Shown: positions 61,785 to 64,000 of the stretch, piece by piece
Position numbering within the stretch: position 1 is the stretch's first letter
How the letters are laid out: each line of letters opens with the position of its first letter
NCBI GenBank assembly: GCA_963718235.1
Contig: CAVQYR010000002.1
Coordinates: 224,001-288,000 of the forward strand
Length of the DNA stretch: 64,000 nucleotides
Reading direction: 5' to 3'
Source of the DNA: an uncultured Actinomycetota bacterium
GTDB taxonomy: Bacteria; Actinomycetota; Actinomycetes; JAHEKZ01
The notes under the pieces: model-generated
What the model saw: only the letters and a program-made list of their open reading frames with translations
What the model was told of the DNA's origin: nothing
Database searches by the model: none
Position numbers and translations under genes: made by a program

Positions 61785-63779
61785 TCAGCGGGCGTGCGCC
61801 CCCCGGCGCCGGTCGAGGAAGTCGCGGACGACGTACTCGCCGAGGCGGCCGGGTGTTGGCGCGAACACCCGTCCACCATTGCGCTGGGCCACGTCGTCGA
61901 CGAACCGACGCAGGCGTGGGTCGTCGCCGAGCACGAACACGTTGAGCGTGGCTCCCCGCCGGGTCATGGCGTCTACCTCGGCCACGGTGGCGGCCAGGGT
62001 CTCAGGCTCCGGCGGCCAGGTGAACCAGGCCGTGCCGTTCCGCAGCAGCCGCGCCGTCGGCTCGCCGTCGGTGACGACGAGGACGACCGGGTCGAAACCC
62101 GGGTGCTTGTCGATGAACCGGCCTGCGAGCAGGAGGGCGTGTTGCAGGTTCGTTCCCTGGACCGGAGCGAAGTCCATGCCGAGCAGGTCTGCGGCCTGGA
62201 GCTCGCGTGCGTAGTCGCTGAAGGCGACGACCTGGACGGCGTCCGCGGGGAACATCGTGGTGACCAGGGTGTGCAGCGCCAGTGCCGTCTGCTTCGCCTC
62301 GCCCCAGGTGCCGTTCAGCACCATCGACCACGAGGTGTCGACCAAGAGGCAGACGGCTGCGGCCGACCGACGCTCGGTCTCGACCACCTCGAAGTCGTCG
62401 ACGTGCAGACCTCCCGTCCCGGTGCCACCCTCGGCTGCACGCCGTCGAATCGCGTTGGTCACCGTGCGGATGACGTCCAGCGGCTGCTCGTCGCCGAACT
62501 GCCACGCCCGACTCGAACCGGTGAGCTCGCCGGACGCCCCGGCGTCGCGGACGTCGTGCGTCCCACGCGCGGACTCGGCGAGGTCGGCGAAGACCCGACG
62601 CAGCGCCGTGAGCCCCAGCCTGCGGACGGCCTTCGGGGTGAGTGCGAGCTCGCCGGCCTGACGTACCAGGTACCCCTGGTCGACGAGCTCGCGCTCGAGG
62701 CGGCGCAGGGCCTCGAGGTCGTCGACGGCACCTCTTCCGAGAAGGCGGCGGACGAGGTCCTCGTCGACGTCGTCCATCGTGGCCCCCGCATACCCCTGGC
62801 CGAGCTGCTCGGCCAGTGCATCGAGCTCGGCCAGCTCGGAGAGCGCGGCTGTCGCGTCCGCGAGGCCCAACGGCTCCTCACCCGTCATCCGCTGGCGACC
62901 CGGCCGGAACAGGTCGGGTCGCAGTGCGCGCAGGTTGTCACCGAGCTGCCCCATCTGTGAGGCGAGGTCGAGGTCGGACATCGCCTGCTGCATCAGCGAG
63001 GCGAGCTCGTCCTGCTGCTCCGGGGACAGCGACCGCATCAGCTGCTCGGCCGCTGCGGCTCGTCGGGCCAGCTGTTCGAGCAGCTCGTCCAGCGACTGTG
63101 GCTGCTCGGGGAACAGGTCGCCGTGGCGCTCCATGAACTGGGCGAAGTCGTCGTCGGTGTCGGTTCCGTGCGCCCGCTTGGCCAACAGCTCGTTGAGGTC
63201 GCCCAACATGTCCTTCATGCGCTGCATCGCGGCCGGGTCGATCGAGCCGTCAGCGGCGGACTGGAGGGCTTCGCGCATGCCGGCGAACTGCTGGTCGATC
63301 ACCTCCCGTTGCAGGAGCTGCTTGATCGCGTCGTAGGACCGCTGCGCGTCGGCACTGCGCCAGTTGTAGCTGCTGAGCTCGCGGACCGCACGGGCCGGGT
63401 CCGGTGGCAGAGCGTCGAGCTGGGCTTCGCGGAAGCGTGCGTCGTCTGAGGGATCGGGGAACAGGTGGGTCCGCTCGGCCTCGAGCGCGGTATCCAGCAG
63501 CTCGCGGACCTCCTGCAAGGTCCCGTCCAGCTGTCCGCTCTCGCGCAAGGCTCGTTGCCGTTCCCGCACCTGGCGCAGAAGCTCCTCGAGCCCACCGCGA
63601 CCGTCAGGGGGCCCCTCGCGGAGGAGCTCGCGCAGAGCCTCGGCCGCCCCTTCACCCTCCAGCACCCGGTCGCCGATCGCATCAACCGCGCGGGCGAGGT
63701 CGTAGGGCGGAGCGAGTGGGTCTGGCCCGTCGTCGTAGGCGCCGTAGCGGGCGCCGGTGGAGCCGGTGCGCCCGCTCAC
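61785..63779 (-). CDS. VWA domain-containing protein
   Basis: DTSWSM MIDAS, GTNLQHAL, VTDGEPT and GPDPLAPP N-terminus. GTG overlaps the upstream TGA. Confidence 0.88.
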   Translation of the reverse strand: MSGRTGSTGARYGAYDDGPDPLAPPYDLARAVDAIGDRVLEGEGAAEALRELLREGPPDGRGGLEELLRQVRERQRALRESGQLDGTLQEVRELLDTALEAERTHLFPDPSDDARFREAQLDALPPDPARAVRELSSYNWRSADAQRSYDAIKQLLQREVIDQQFAGMREALQSAADGSIDPAAMQRMKDMLGDLNELLAKRAHGTDTDDDFAQFMERHGDLFPEQPQSLDELLEQLARRAAAAEQLMRSLSPEQQDELASLMQQAMSDLDLASQMGQLGDNLRALRPDLFRPGRQRMTGEEPLGLADATAALSELAELDALAEQLGQGYAGATMDDVDEDLVRRLLGRGAVDDLEALRRLERELVDQGYLVRQAGELALTPKAVRRLGLTALRRVFADLAESARGTHDVRDAGASGELTGSSRAWQFGDEQPLDVIRTVTNAIRRRAAEGGTGTGGLHVDDFEVVETERRSAAAVCLLVDTSWSMVLNGTWGEAKQTALALHTLVTTMFPADAVQVVAFSDYARELQAADLLGMDFAPVQGTNLQHALLLAGRFIDKHPGFDPVVLVVTDGEPTARLLRNGTAWFTWPPEPETLAATVAEVDAMTRRGATLNVFVLGDDPRLRRFVDDVAQRNGGRVFAPTPGRLGEYVVRDFLDRRRGAHAR

Positions 63780-64000
63780 GCCGTCCCGAACACGCTGCGG
63801 TCGCCGACGGTGTCCTTGCTCAGTCGACGGTTCAGCCACAGCCCCTCGAGCACGAACTCCAGTGCGGCTGCCGCCAGACCGGTGGACTCACCGCCGTCGA
63901 CGTCCAGCCGCTGCATCACCCGGGCCAGGCCGTCGACCGGCCCCACCTCGGTGAGGACGTCGTCCGCGGCGATCAGGTCGCCGGTGACCACGGTGCTGCC
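63776..64000 (-). CDS. Mg-chelatase/MoxR-like AAA ATPase, 3' end
   Basis: AAALEFVLEGLWLNRRLSKD C-terminus; directly upstream of the VWA gene. Confidence 0.7.
   Translation of the reverse strand, partial: GSTVVTGDLIAADDVLTEVGPVDGLARVMQRLDVDGGESTGLAAAALEFVLEGLWLNRRLSKDTVGDRSVFGTA

Overview
High-GC actinobacterial chromosome segment with the conserved pmt-rsmI-metG-tatD-rpfB-rsmA-ispE, tRNA-Gln-glmU-prs-rplY-pth, mfd-mazG-eno-divIC-DUF501/ppx, tRNA-Leu(UAA) and cbs...metB backbone. Accessory blocks include a copC-copD copper locus, tryptophanase, a glycosyltransferase/secreted repeat-protein island between pth and mfd, an orphan chemoreceptor, an ECF sigma/anti-sigma pair and a DUF222-HNH gene. 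The strongest signal is at the start of the window. A leaderless His/Met-bearing membrane ORF has an R-R-R-G-P-P motif near its C-terminus. The codons for this motif lie in the 5' arm of a ~70-nt hairpin whose 3' arm hides the Shine-Dalgarno of copC. This is a candidate membrane-anchored, copper-responsive ribosome-arrest switch. Other signals are an in-frame DUF501-Ppx fusion, a structured rpfB leader, repeated operator-like boxes before ndh, tandem palindromes before a desaturase and a dual LexA/PafBC-type promoter on the HNH gene. Many single-base frameshifts, clustered at 23.4-29.2 kb, are most likely sequencing or assembly indels. All product calls come from motif recognition and gene order only; no database search was run.
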